DNA of 61,502 nt, filler included, from Chiloscyllium plagiosum (taxonomy: Eukaryota), in NCBI RefSeq assembly GCF_004010195.1. It is 3 parts of one record of this genome, joined end to end, with 100 filler letters (N's around TTAATTAATTAA, not from the genome) between each part and the next. Parts side by side here need not be neighbours in the genome. Positions count along the whole stretch, not along the records: positions 21,367 to 50,670 come from NC_057713.1; positions 50,771 to 61,502 come from NC_057713.1; 1 more part is not named here. One strand, 5' to 3'. The number at the start of each line of letters is the position of its first letter. The first letter of the stretch is position 1. Position numbers and translations under genes: made by a program. The notes below the pieces were generated by a model, which worked only from the letters and a program-made list of their open reading frames with translations, was not told the origin of the DNA and did not search any database. Of this stretch, positions 40,283-51,600 are shown one piece after another.

Positions 40283-40910
40283 GGAACAAATTACTGCAGA
40301 TGCTGGAATCTGTACTGAAAACACCAAATACTGGAGATCACAGCGGGTCAGGCAACACCTATGGAGAGAGAGCAAGCTAACATTTCGAGTCTAGATGACT
40401 CCTTCAGAGCTGAAGTAATGTTTGGAGGGGACAGCATTTATACTATAGAGCACAGCAGGTCAGGCAGCATCCGAGGAACAGGAAAATCGATGTTTCCAGC
40501 ATCACTCTAATCTTGACTCTGATCTCCAGCATCTGCAGTTCTCATTTATACTATAGTTTGGCGTGGGGTTGTGGAGGGCTGAGGGTAGTGGGTATAGAGT
40601 GCTGGTGAGGAAAAGACATTGTTAGTTGAGATTGAGTGATTGGAATGTGAAAATGGCAGAACAGTGGTGTGTCTCCTGCCAGACTTGAAGGGACAGTAAG
40701 TGGGATTTGGGAAGGGGAGGACATGATAACAAACTAAAAGAAATGGATGAAATGTTCACAATCTCAAGATGTAAAACTCAATATTAAGTCCAGAAGGATG
40801 TAAAGTGCCTAGTCTGAAGATGAGGTGTTGTTCCTCCAGTTTATGCTGTGATTCACTGGAGCACTGCAGCATGCCAAGGACAGACATGTGAGCATGATGT
40901 TGTGCTAAAA
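40283..40910 (-). mobile_element. Penelope 3' fragment with a nested 94-bp insertion
   Basis: CTGCAGATGCTGGA terminus; minus-strand KLEEQHLIFRLGTLHP; nested insert 40449-40542 flanked by CATTTATACTATAG (40435-40448, 40543-40556). Confidence 0.75.
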
Positions 40911-41061
40911 TCACTGGAGCACTGCAGCATGCTGATGAGTGTGTTTTTGTTTAAATCATGTGGCATTGCCCTATCAGTTAATTGTTGAATGCTCTGGTTT
41001 CCTCTTTAGATGCCAATGACTCCTGATAGGATTAGAACAATTGGCACAGTCTGTGTACAGG

Positions 41062-41279
41062 CAGAAGTGGGTACTGCAGATGCTGGAGATTAGAGTCAAG
41101 ATTAGAGTGGTGCTGGAAAAGCACACAGGTCAGGCAGCATCCGATGAGCAGGATAAGCAACGTTTCAGGCAAAAACCCTTCATCAGGATTCTTGATGAAG
41201 GAATTTTGCCCGAAATATCAATTTTCCTGCACCTCGGATGCTGCCTGACCTGCTGTGCTTTTCCAGCACCACTCTAATC
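41062..41279. mobile_element. Palindromic Penelope pseudo-LTR pair with back-to-back hammerhead cores
   Basis: Arms 41100-41188 and 41190-41279 are reverse complements around T41189; each carries (C/T)TGATGAAGG..TTTTGCC.GAAA. Confidence 0.8.
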
Positions 41280-42606
41280 CAGGGTTTGCGTACAACTTGA
41301 CTCTGGGACCAGAGATCTTATGAATGAGGAGCTTGTCTTCCATTACTTTGACTTGCCGAACTATATAGGTTATAATACTTCAAACCTGTTTCAAAGATTT
41401 TTATAGAGTTTGTTGCCTTGGCTGGATTCATGTTAAACCTGCTTCAGTTTGATTTAAATGCTTTCAGAGCAGGTATTAATCCAGCTCACATAGAATATCT
41501 TGGCACATGGCTATGTAAGAATTACAGCAGAACTGCTCAATAGCAATGCCTAAAATTGTTTTAACGTGAAGGCAGAAGCCCCCTGCTCAGACATGACCTT
41601 GATTAGCAAAGATTTGGTACAGTATCAGCAACATTACTAGAGAGGTCAAAAATGGCTACTACGTGTAGTGGTAATGCCACACATTTGTTATAGAAAGTGC
41701 TGTACTGATATTGGAGCAAATAAATATTTCTAGAGGAAGAATTCTTACTTCTCCATGTAGCTATTTTCTAAGTTTGACCAGGGAAAACATGCTGATTGAA
41801 TTATTTGTTTGTCATTGGGAGGAAATTCCATTCTCTGAGCTAATCCTCATGTTCTTTGTTGAGCTGATAAACCTCACAAAGGGAAAACAAGTTGGAGAGG
41901 GGAAATAGAGAGTATGAGGGAGAAATGAGCTAATATAGACTGAATAGGAATGGGCTGCCCCTGACCTGTAAACATCACTTAGCTCTGGGATTTGTAATGG
42001 ATCATAAAATGTCTTCATCTGATACCCACAGTCCTGTCTCTTAACAAAAACTCATCAAAACCCAACCAGCTGCCACTAATCTTTTCTGCTTGAAGGCTTT
42101 CTGAAAGGGTAAATGAGCTGCCAAACTTGGATAATGGAATTGTAATTGCCAATTAAAACCTATACTGTTAATTGTGTTGGTTAATCATTTGAATGCTCTA
42201 TCTTGCTCTTTGTTTTTGCAATTGATTCATAACATAAACAAAGGGCAGACAAATTGAGAAAACAGTCTATTGACATATGCAGGGAAAAAGCGAAAAAAAA
42301 ATCCAAAGCAAAAAAACAAAAAAATGCTGAAAATGCCCAGTAGGTCTGCGGAGAGAGAAACAAAGTTAATATTTCTTACTAAGACATAAGAGGCATATTT
42401 GGACAATGCATGGCTTGAACTCATAGCTGGTGTGAAGGTTTAATTTGTGCATGGTGAGGATAGGTGCATTGTAAAACTCTCTGTTTCTTCATCCATTAAA
42501 AATTCTTCCCTCTATTCAGTGAGAAGGTTGCTGGAAAAAGAGTTATCTCAATGAATTGTGGCATAGTTGGCCTGCAAAATGTACATTTCAGGCAACACAG
42601 AAGGAG

Positions 42607-43266
42607 TGTGAGATACAAAGCTCACTCACTTCAATAATTTCAGTTCGAGACAAGACCTGAAGCAATCAGTATGTTTATTATACACTTGCAAGCGTGGTGC
42701 CTGGAATTGGCACACAGAGTTTAGCAAGTACATATCTTATTTCGGATTCACTACTCCAAACCCGGTGCCCATTACTATTGTTTATCTCTTGCCTTATCCG
42801 GCCTTGTGCATAACAAAGTACAAGTTTTACTCGGCCATTTCACCACATCCTGCTGTGGCCCATTGTTAGGTTTATCCTTCTTCGTGATTATCTACTTCCC
42901 CCACCTGTGCTGTCTCCTCCCTTTCCCCAACCATATTGATCCTTATGACCTTTTAATTGGGGTTTGTTTTTGTGTTTTTGCAAAAGTGGGAAACAGATGC
43001 TTAAAACTACTGCTTGTACAAGCATATCTGGCTTAACCTACATCCTCACAGCACCTTTTCTATTTGTCTACCATTGTTAGCAGGCACGTTTCATTTTTGC
43101 ATTCACATTTTAGCTAATACAAAAACAATTATATATTTCCTCCACATAGTTTTAATTCTTGTTGACTCAGCTCTTGGTTGAAACAATTATACACTGGTAT
43201 GAGTGCATTTACCTTGCATAAGTAATTATAGTTGCAGAAGTAACACTACTTTACCTATATCCCACA
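42607..43266 (-). repeat. 3' LTR of the ERV (660 bp)
   Basis: Begins TGTGGGATA immediately after the PPT and ends TATCTCACA (imperfect terminal inverted repeat, TG...CA); minus-strand AATAAA at 42674-42679. Confidence 0.8.
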
Positions 43267-43267
43267 A

Positions 43268-43284
43268 TTTCCCCCTTTTTCTTT
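43268..43284 (-). promoter_or_regulatory. Polypurine tract
   Basis: AAAGAAAAAGGGGGAAA on the minus strand, directly before T-TG of the LTR. Confidence 0.85.
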
Positions 43285-43316
43285 AATTACCATTTGTTAT
43301 CTTCTGCATTTTTCTT

Positions 43317-45157
43317 TTAAGCATCGCCCCCAAAATTCGCAAGCATCATTCCGGAGATTTCATCCATCTTGGTCTCACTCATCCCCTCATTATTTAATCG
43401 ATAAAGTTCCTCTGCCTGATTCCCTTTTAGGGGCATCTGTTTCATTAAGGCTGTCTCAATGAGTCTTTGGGTGAGCCCTCGTATACAACAGCCAATGGCT
43501 ACCAATACCCCGACTACTACTATCAGGGAAGTAAGGATGGAAACCACCACCCCCTTCTATTTTCCAAACCAGGATTCAAGCCATCCCGTGAGATGTGTCT
43601 ACTCCTGAATTCTCAGCCAGTTCCTCTGCTAAGGTAGTCAATCCCCTTAAGGCCCGAGTAGTTGAATCATCAGGCGCAGTGTTATTAGGAATAAAGGTAC
43701 AACAGCTTCCTCCTAACATCACACACACACACCCTTTTTCCGCTAAAATCATATCAAGGGCCATTCTGTTTTCCCATGCCATCCTACTTGTTGCATCAAG
43801 CTGTTCTGATATTCCTTTAACCGCATCTCATGTATAATTTATAAATCACTGTTGATTATAGAAAATGTAATTTATTCAATCTACATTTTTATTAATTGTT
43901 ACCCACCAAAAGAGAGCTGACTCAAAGCCTGCTGCAATCTGATTACGAGCCTTGAATTCATCAGGTACCCCCTAGGGACTCCTACGGAATCATGATAAAT
44001 CCTGTTATCGAAAGAAGTGTGTAAGAGTGATCTCTTACTCCTTCCCTTTTTCCCTACTATCTTTTCCTTCTCAAATGCCAGGGTAAATGGAATTGCCAAT
44101 TGTACAATTGCACATATCCCTCTCCAATCCGGAGGGAGGATGGGTCTCAGTATTTTGCCTCCACAGTACCACCACAGATCTGCTCGGGGAACCTTTAGTG
44201 CTGAGTAGTTTCCTCCCTTGTCCGTTTCAGTGACATTCTTAATCTCTGTACATAATTTCAGCTCCCCCAAATCTCTCGATCGATTTGTACCTCGTCTACG
44301 CACACACGACGTGTGATTTCCGACTGCAGCTGAAAATGTAGGGGGGGCTTTTGAATCTTTCTTCTCCAAGGGAGGGAACATAAGAGATAGGGAGGTACAT
44401 TCCTATCATTCCATGCAGTCTCACCCTGATACAGGGCTATCATACATTTCATGCCCTTCCTGTCTTGCTTCCACCCGAGCGGAAAGGGCCTACTGGCCTA
44501 CTGGAGGCACATGCATAGCAATTGCTCTTATTCAGACTTTTTACAGTATACTTTACCCATTCAACCCAGGCATTTGCATCCCCATATCCAGTTTCTATTT
44601 CAATGGTCTGTTTTAAGTCCTTTGCCTCTATAATTTTTACTACTTTAAGGTCATCGGGAGGGTTGAAAGGTTGTACCTTATTATCCAGTAGTTCTACCCG
44701 TTTTCCCTGTCCTACACTAATTCAAAAACAACAGCCTAAGAAATTCCCGTTTGCTTTCATTTCTATCCCAAATGTTTCATTTAATTGTATCTCATAGGTG
44801 TCCCCCCCCCAGAATTGCTTCGTGCCATGTGGTTTTCTTTATCGTTAAGTATATTGGGTTACACCTTTTATCGGAATAATCGAGACCTGGTCGGAAGGGG
44901 GCCCGGTGTACTGTGACGAGACCATTATACCAAGTACCATCCCCAAGGCCATCCCCATAGGACTTAAGATGTATCTCTGATCTGCGGTACTGTCTCTGAT
45001 TATCTACATCCCCACAATTTACTAAGCTGCGTGCACCAGCATCTATTACTTGTGGATTATCAGACTCAGGAACCGTTAATAACACGTACAAAAATGATAT
45101 TTGACAAAATCCCGATACTAAGAGGGCTAGCATCATAACTCTAAACATCCCCAGCAT
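43317..45157 (-). pseudogene. env: env (SU-TM), frameshifted
   Basis: Signal-like MLGMFRVMMLALLVSG from ATG 45157; CNPIYLTI; IETGYGDANAWVEWVKY..CYAC (CXXC); furin site KKGRSKR; VGVPRG..DEFKARNQIAAGFES; ISD-like WENRMALDMILAEKG; CX6CC (CVMLGGSCC); membrane anchor VVSILTSLIVVVGVLVAIGCC; TAA at 43317. Confidence 0.9.
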
Positions 45158-45249
45158 TCTAAAAAAAACATGCTGAAGCACAAAAAGACTTAATATACAA
45201 TCCTACAGGAATAATCCCGCGCTCGCATCGCCACTGTATAATCAGTTAC

Positions 45250-48200
45250 TCAAAGTCTCTTTAGCCTGAGTTTCAGCGGTTCTTGCATTGATTCAGCTGT
45301 CCAGACTTCTTCCTCAACTGGAGATTCCACTGGCCCTTTGATCCGAGTGTAGTGAGTCCAGCCTTTCTCCGCCATCCTTATTGCCGTTTCGGTAATCAAA
45401 AGAGCCTGATACGGCCCTTCCCAGTCCGGCTGCAATTTAGTCTCTGTCCATGATTTTACTAAGACCCAATCTCCCGGCCGGATGGGATGAACGGTGAATT
45501 CAAGGGGCAGAGTCTGTGCCAATAAACCCTGTTTCCTGAGGAAAGACAAAGAGGAGGACAAGCCCAGTATATACTTCTTTAAGAGCAAGTCTTTAGTTTC
45601 GGGAATTGTCAATTCTCCATTCGTTCCCAGATAAAGTAATTCAAATAAGATTTCATAAGGGGATAGTCCCAAATCTTTCCTTGGGGCTGTTCGTACTCGC
45701 AAGAGAGCTATAGATAAACATTTGGTCCAAGGGAGTCTGGTTTCTATTATCAATTTAGAGAGCTGTCTTTTGAGTGTTTGGTTCATTCTCTCAACCCTTC
45801 CTGACGATGACAGGTGCCATGGAGTATGGAACTCCCAGGAAATTCCCAACCCTTTCATTACCCCCTGTAACACTTTAGAGGTAAAATGAGTTCCTTGGTC
45901 GGAATCTATACGGTTCACTAGCCCATATCGGGGAATTATGTGCTCTAATATTGTTTTAGACACCCCACTCACAGTGGTAGTAGCTAAGGGGGTATGCCTC
46001 AACCCAACCAGATAGATGATCTACTATGACAAGCATATATTTTAGTCTTCCTACTCTGGGTAGTTCAGTATAATCTACTTGTATACTCTGGAAGGGTCTC
46101 AATCCTGGGTGTCTTCCTCCCGGGGTCTGTTTTCTCAAGACTTTCTTATTTACCTTTCTGCATATTATACATCCCTCACATATTTGTTTAGCAATTGTAT
46201 ATATTTCTTTACATCCATATTCCCTAACAACTAAATCACACATTGCTTGTACTCCCCAATGGCTGCCTTGATGTAGGACAGCCATAATTTCTCACATCAT
46301 CATTTTGTTTAACATTTCCCTTCCATCAGGTAACATCCAATGCCCATCTGTTGTTTTTGCAGCCCCTAAATCTTGCAATTCTTTTTCCTCTCTTTCAGTA
46401 AATGTCAGAGCTTCCTGAGGATCTGGGACAGTAGGTATTAGGGAATGAATCACAACTTCTTGTGGGTTCAGGGCTGCTTCCTTAGCCACTTCATCGGCTA
46501 ATCTATTCCCCCTAACTTCTGATTCATTTCCTTTCTGATGACCATTTACATGCACTACCGTTATTTCTCGGAGGAGTAATAGGGACTGCAAGACCCGTTT
46601 AATCAACTTCTCATGTGCTAATTCCTTCCCCCGGCTATTGATCAGTCCTCTTTCCTGCCATATCTTTCCGAAAGTGTGCACAACACCAAATGCATATTTA
46701 GAGTCAGTGTATACTGTTCCCTCTTTATTTTCTAACACCCTAAGGGCTCTTTCCAATGCATAGAGTTCGCAGGTCTGAGCTGACCACCCATTTGGCAACC
46801 TTCCTGCCTCTACCACACTACCTTTCGTCCCGTCTACGACTGCATACTGTCTTTTCCCTTCAGTCACCCGGGATGATCCATCTATAAAAAGTCGGGCTCC
46901 TGCATGAAGCAGAACATCTCTCAGGTCCATGCGGACCTTAGTTTGTATTCTATAATGTCAAGGCAGTCGTGCTCTGGATTCTGAGGAGATTCTCCTTCCC
47001 CTTTCCAAAGAAAGGTAGCTGGATTTAAACAATTGTCCGTGACCAACACTAGATCATCTTTTTCTATTAATATTGCCTCATATTTCAGAATCCGCGAGTC
47101 TGTCAACCATCGCCCAGCTTTTTGATTTAGGATCATTCTCACTTGGTGTAAGGTGCTTACTATTAGGGCTCCCCCAAATGTAAGCTTTCTGCTTTCCTCC
47201 ACCAACAGTGCAGTGGCAGCTAAGGCCTGCACGCACTCAGGCCACCCCCGGGATACTGGATCCAATAGCTTCGAAAGATATGCTACTGGCTGTTTAATTC
47301 CTCCCCACCCCTGGGTTAATACTCCCAAAGCCGGTTCCTTATCTATGGTAGCAAAGAGGTGGAAAGGTTTATCTAGAGAAGGTAAGGCTAACACGGGGGC
47401 ATGGATCAGATCTCTTTTGAGTTCCTCAACTAGTTCTTTTTCCTCATCATTCCAACTTAGACACTTTGGTTCTTCCTCTAATAGTTTGAGATATAATTTC
47501 TTAGTCTTTTGAGCATAAGAATCAATCCACACTCTGCAATATCCCGTTAGACCCAAAAATTTACGTAACTCCCGTTTAGTCCTGGGCAGCGGCATCCCCA
47601 CTATTTCCTCTATCCGTTCCGGGCTTATCTTTCGCTTTCCCTCACTAACTAAATGTCCCAAGTATTTCACTTCTCGCTCCACATATTGTAGTTTGTTTTT
47701 AGATACTCGCAGTCCCTGCTGACCCAGAAAATTCAATAATTTGTTAGTGGCTTCTACTACTCTTTCTCTTCTTTTTCCTGTTACTAAGACGTCGTCTACA
47801 TACTGCAACAGGGTAGTCCCCTTAGGGCTGCTAAATTTCTCCAATATTTGTTCTAACATCTGTCCAAATAAATTCAGGGATTCCGTAAACCCCTGGGGGA
47901 GCACAGTCCACCGGTATTGCTGTTTCCATCCTGTCTTGGGATCTTCCCATTCAAAGACAAACAAATTCCTACTTTCCTCCGCCAAGGGATAAGCCCAAAA
48001 GGCATCCTTTAAATCTATCACACTAAACCATTTGTGGTCATGAGGGATCTTACTTAATAACGTATAGGGATTAGGCACCACTGGGTGCCTGATCTGTACT
48101 ATTCGATTCGATGTTCTCAAATCCTGCACCAATCGATAAGTTCCGTCGGATTTCCGTATTGGTAGAATTGGGGTATTATAAGGAGACATACATGGCTCCA

Positions 48201-48760
48201 ACAGTCCATCTCTGATCAGTCCCTCAATTACTGGCTGTAGTCCTCGTTTACCTTCTATGGAAATGGGTTATTGTCGCTCACAGATAACGTCCCCTTTCCT
48301 TTTTAAACATATTTCTAGGGGAGGGATCTATATTTTTCCACGATTCCCTTCTCTAGCCCATACAATAGGGTCCATCTCTCTCTCCACATCCTCTGTCAAC
48401 ATTGCCATTTGTACAACTAATTCTTTTTTCTGAATTCCAATCTCCAGTCCTAAGCGGATAATTAAATCTCTCCCTAGTAAGTTACTTCCTATGTCAGGGA
48501 TATACAACAGTTCCCCTGTGACTGTATCCTTAGGACCTTCTACCATCATAGGTTCAAATTCTGGAACAGTATCCTTCCCCTTTTACCTCGGAAACAGTAA
48601 TTGACCGTGTTGACATTCCTACTTTCTTTGGTTTAAAATTCAGTGATGACCGTGCTGCCCCCGTATCTACTAGGAAGACTACCTCTTCCCTACAGGGTCC
48701 CACCTTCAAGTTTATCAAGGGTTCCTGGTGTATCCCCGGGGGCAGGAACCCCTGACACCC
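45250..48760 (-). pseudogene. pol: pro-pol (protease, RT, RNase H, integrase), frameshifted
   Basis: FLVDTGAARS; LLGRDL; IDLKDAFW, LPQGF, YVDD; RNase H FIDGSS/TDSKYAF/GNRLAD; integrase HHCC (HQGSH..CIIC), D-D-E (QVDY, SDQG, VERMN) and GPY. Confidence 0.95.
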
Positions 48761-50165
48761 CTATTCTTCATCAAAATTCATAAGCAGAATTTCCCTTTCT
48801 TCCCTTTGTAGATCAGGACACTCCCGCTTAAAATGCCCTATCTTTCCGCAATAATAGCATCCTGCCTGTGGAGACTTCCATCTCTGCTCCTGTCGTCCGA
48901 ACCCTCTATCCAATGCTCCCCCTTGTCCTCTACCTCTTCCTCTCTGTCCTACATGCTGCCACTCGCCGCTCCGATTGCTCACTATTGGTTCCATTCTTTT
49001 CTTAACTACTTCATCAACCGTAGCTACCATCATTTTTGCCTTCTGTTTTTGTCTTTCATCCTCTCTCTTTACAAACACTTTCTGTGCCTCTCTTAACAAT
49101 TCATCTAATGGTTTTTTGCTCCACCCTTCTATCTTCTATATCTTTCTCTGTATGTCTGGCCATGCCTTTGTCACAAAATGTACTTTCAAAAGATCCTGTG
49201 CCCTGGGACCTCAGGGTTCATTCCAGAGTATTTCCACATTGAGTCTCTTAATCTTTGCAAGAAAGCTGAGGGAGTCTCATCTTTCTCCTGACTAACTTCA
49301 AAGGTTCTAGTCAAATTCTGTGACTTCGGAACTGCCTGTCTTATTCCTTTTAGAATCAGGTCTTTCAATTCCCTCATTTCTTCTCTATGCTCCGGGTTTT
49401 GATTTTCCCATTGGGGGTCTCTAAGGGGAAACTTCGTCTCTCCCTGTCCAGCATCCACATCTCCAATGGGATGTTCCCTGTCCCATATTTTAATGGCTGC
49501 TCCTCGTATAAGTCCCCTTTCTTCCCCAGTAAATAGTATATTCAGAATAGATGTTAACTCAGTCCACGTATACAGACTGGGCCCCAAGAATTGATCAACT
49601 TGTTCAGACAACCCTACCGGATCCTCAACCAAGACCTTCATCTCCTTTTTAAATGTTCTGACCTCCCCACTGGTGAGGGGGGCACTTACAAACCCAATCT
49701 CTTTGTCCCCTATTGGTACCTCCCGAAGGGGATAAGTCTTTACATTCTTCCCCTTTTTTTGTTTTTGTTTTTCCCCCTTAGACTTTGGTTTAGATACTCC
49801 TCTACATCTACTTTATCTGCCCTTTCTTTTGTTGAGGATTGAGGGTAGGGAACAACAACATCCCCGTCCACCGCCCCTTCGTCCTCCACTTGTGGGTCAT
49901 CTGTTCCCTGTACCTGTCTGTCTGTCTCTCCTCCTCCCCCATTTTCACCTAATCTGATTTTATGGTACGGGGTTGGGTGTGGGGGGGGGGGGGGGGGGGG
50001 CAAGCAGCCAAGAGGATCCCAGGGACTGGGTGGGGCAGAGGGGGTATCCTTTGTCTTTACTACCATCATTCCCAAACTGCCCTTCCAACAGGACATATAG
50101 TTCACCTCTTCTTGACTAAAAGGTTGTTTTTTATTCACATACAACTCTAAATACTGACATAGGAT
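48761..50165 (-). pseudogene. gag: gag (5'-truncated, frameshifted)
   Basis: PSAP late-domain motif; capsid MHR-like QEKDETPSAFLQRL; single CX2CX4HX4C knuckle CYYCGKIGHFKREC; TAG at 48761-48763 in frame with the protease. Confidence 0.9.
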
Positions 50166-50670
50166 CCACAAACCTGACTGCCCCGGCCGACCCATTGTCT
50201 CCGCCTGCTCCTGCCCCACCGAACTCATCTCCGCATACCTTGACACCGTCCTGTCCCCCTTAGTCCAAGAACTCCCCACCTACGTTCGGGACACCACCCA
50301 TGCCCTCCACCTGATCCATGATTTTCGCTTCCCCAGTCCCCAACGCCTTATCTTCACCATGGACATCCAGTCCCTGTACACCTCCATCCCCCATCACGAA
50401 GGACTCAAAGCCCTCCGCTTCTTCCTTTCCCGCCGTACCGACCAGTACCCTTCCACAGACACCCTCCTTCGACTGACTGAACTGGTCCTCACCCTGAACA
50501 ACTTCTCCTTCCAATCCTCCCACTTCCTCCAAACCAAAGGAGTAGCCATGGGCACCCGCATAGGCCCCAGCTATGCCTGCCTCTTCGTAGGATAAGTGGA
50601 ACAGTCCATCTTCCGCAGCTACAATGGCACCACCCCCCACCTTTTCCTCCGCTACACCGATGACTGTATC
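50161..50670 (+). mobile_element. Penelope RT fragment
   Basis: IHKPDCPGRPIVS, MDIQSLYTSIPH, QTKGVAMGT, FLRYTDD; ends at a gap. Confidence 0.9.
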
Positions 50671-50770
50671 NNNNNNNNNNNNNNNNNNNNNNNNNNNNNN
50701 NNNNNNNNNNNNNNTTAATTAATTAANNNNNNNNNNNNNNNNNNNNNNNNNNNNNNNNNNNNNNNNNNNN
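50671..50770. other. Assembly gap: 44 N + TTAATTAATTAA + 44 N
   Basis: Linker at 50715-50726. Confidence 0.97.
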
Positions 50771-51320
50771 TCCGAGGGTGAGAGGTTGGAGTGGGTGAGA
50801 GAGGTGGAGAAGTTGAGGTGGTTAATGTCGCGGCGGCAGTTGGCTATGAAGAGATCGAGGACGGGTAAGAGGCCAGCACGGGGTGTCCAGGTGGATGGGG
50901 TGTGTTGGAGGCGGGACAAGGGGTCGTCAGAGGATGGGCAAGAGTCTTGGTTGAAGAAGTAGGCGCGGAGACGAAGGCGGCGGAAGAATTGTTCGATGTC
51001 ACGCCGCATGTTGAACTCGTTGATCCGAGAGCGCAGGGGAATGAAGGTAAGGCCACTGCTGAGGACTGATCGTTCATCCTCAGAGAGGGGTAGTTCTGGA
51101 GGGATGGTGAAAACACGGCAGGGCTGGGAGCTAGGACCTGGTGTGGAGCTGGAACTGGAAGTGGGGGCGGGGTTGGGCGTGGGGGCAGGGACGGAGATCG
51201 ACGTGGGGGCGGAGTTGGGTGTGGGGGCGGGGTTAGACGTGATGGAGATCGACGTGGGGGCGGGGTTAGACGTGGTGACGAAGATCGGCGTGGGGGTGGA
51301 GTTAAGCGTGATATTCCATT
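50771..51320 (-). mobile_element. Penelope ORF N-terminal fragment with Pro/Thr/Ser tandem repeats
   Basis: CRVFTIPPELPLSEDERSVLSSGLTFIP..FFRRLRLRAYFF..HSNLSP; G-rich repeats GATCG(A/G)CGTGGGGG at ~51160-51300. Confidence 0.85.
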
Positions 51321-51600
51321 CTTCTCCAACCAATTCAAATCAAAGCCCTTTGATTCTTTGCTCCCTCATGAGCTTAGCAATTTTTCCCTTGAATACATCA
51401 ATGTTTTTCACCTCAACTACTCCTTGTGGTAGTGAATTTCACATTCTAAGCTCTGGGTAAAAAGAATTCTCCTGAATTCTCTGTTCGGTGTCTTATTGCA
51501 TTTCTTACATACGTATGAACATAGGAATAAGAGGCAGAGGAAGTAGTCTATTCGGCCCCTTGAGCCTACTTGGCCATTCAATAAGATCATGGCTAATCTG

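Larger units (their letters stand above)
42607..50165 (-). mobile_element. 5'-truncated class I (gamma-like, HERV-I-related) endogenous retrovirus
   Basis: Collinear gag-pro-pol-env, polypurine tract and a 3' LTR on the minus strand; the 5' LTR, PBS and start of gag are missing. Confidence 0.93.

Noticed and set aside
41967..41995. TGTAAACATC resembling the miR-30 5' end (a miR-30 cluster lies near ZFAT in mammals)
   Set aside because: The match stops after 10 nt and there is no complementary GATGTTTAC arm to form a hairpin.
44792..45181. 129-aa ORF between pol and env as a possible accessory gene
   Set aside because: It has a signal-like N-terminus and SU-type motifs, and continues into env homology after a frameshift at the G-run; it is the env N-terminus.
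49740..50279. 179-aa ORF that looks like an intact gag start (MGSSWTK...)
   Set aside because: The first ~38 codons are antisense Penelope RT sequence; the ORF is a chance chimera across the junction.
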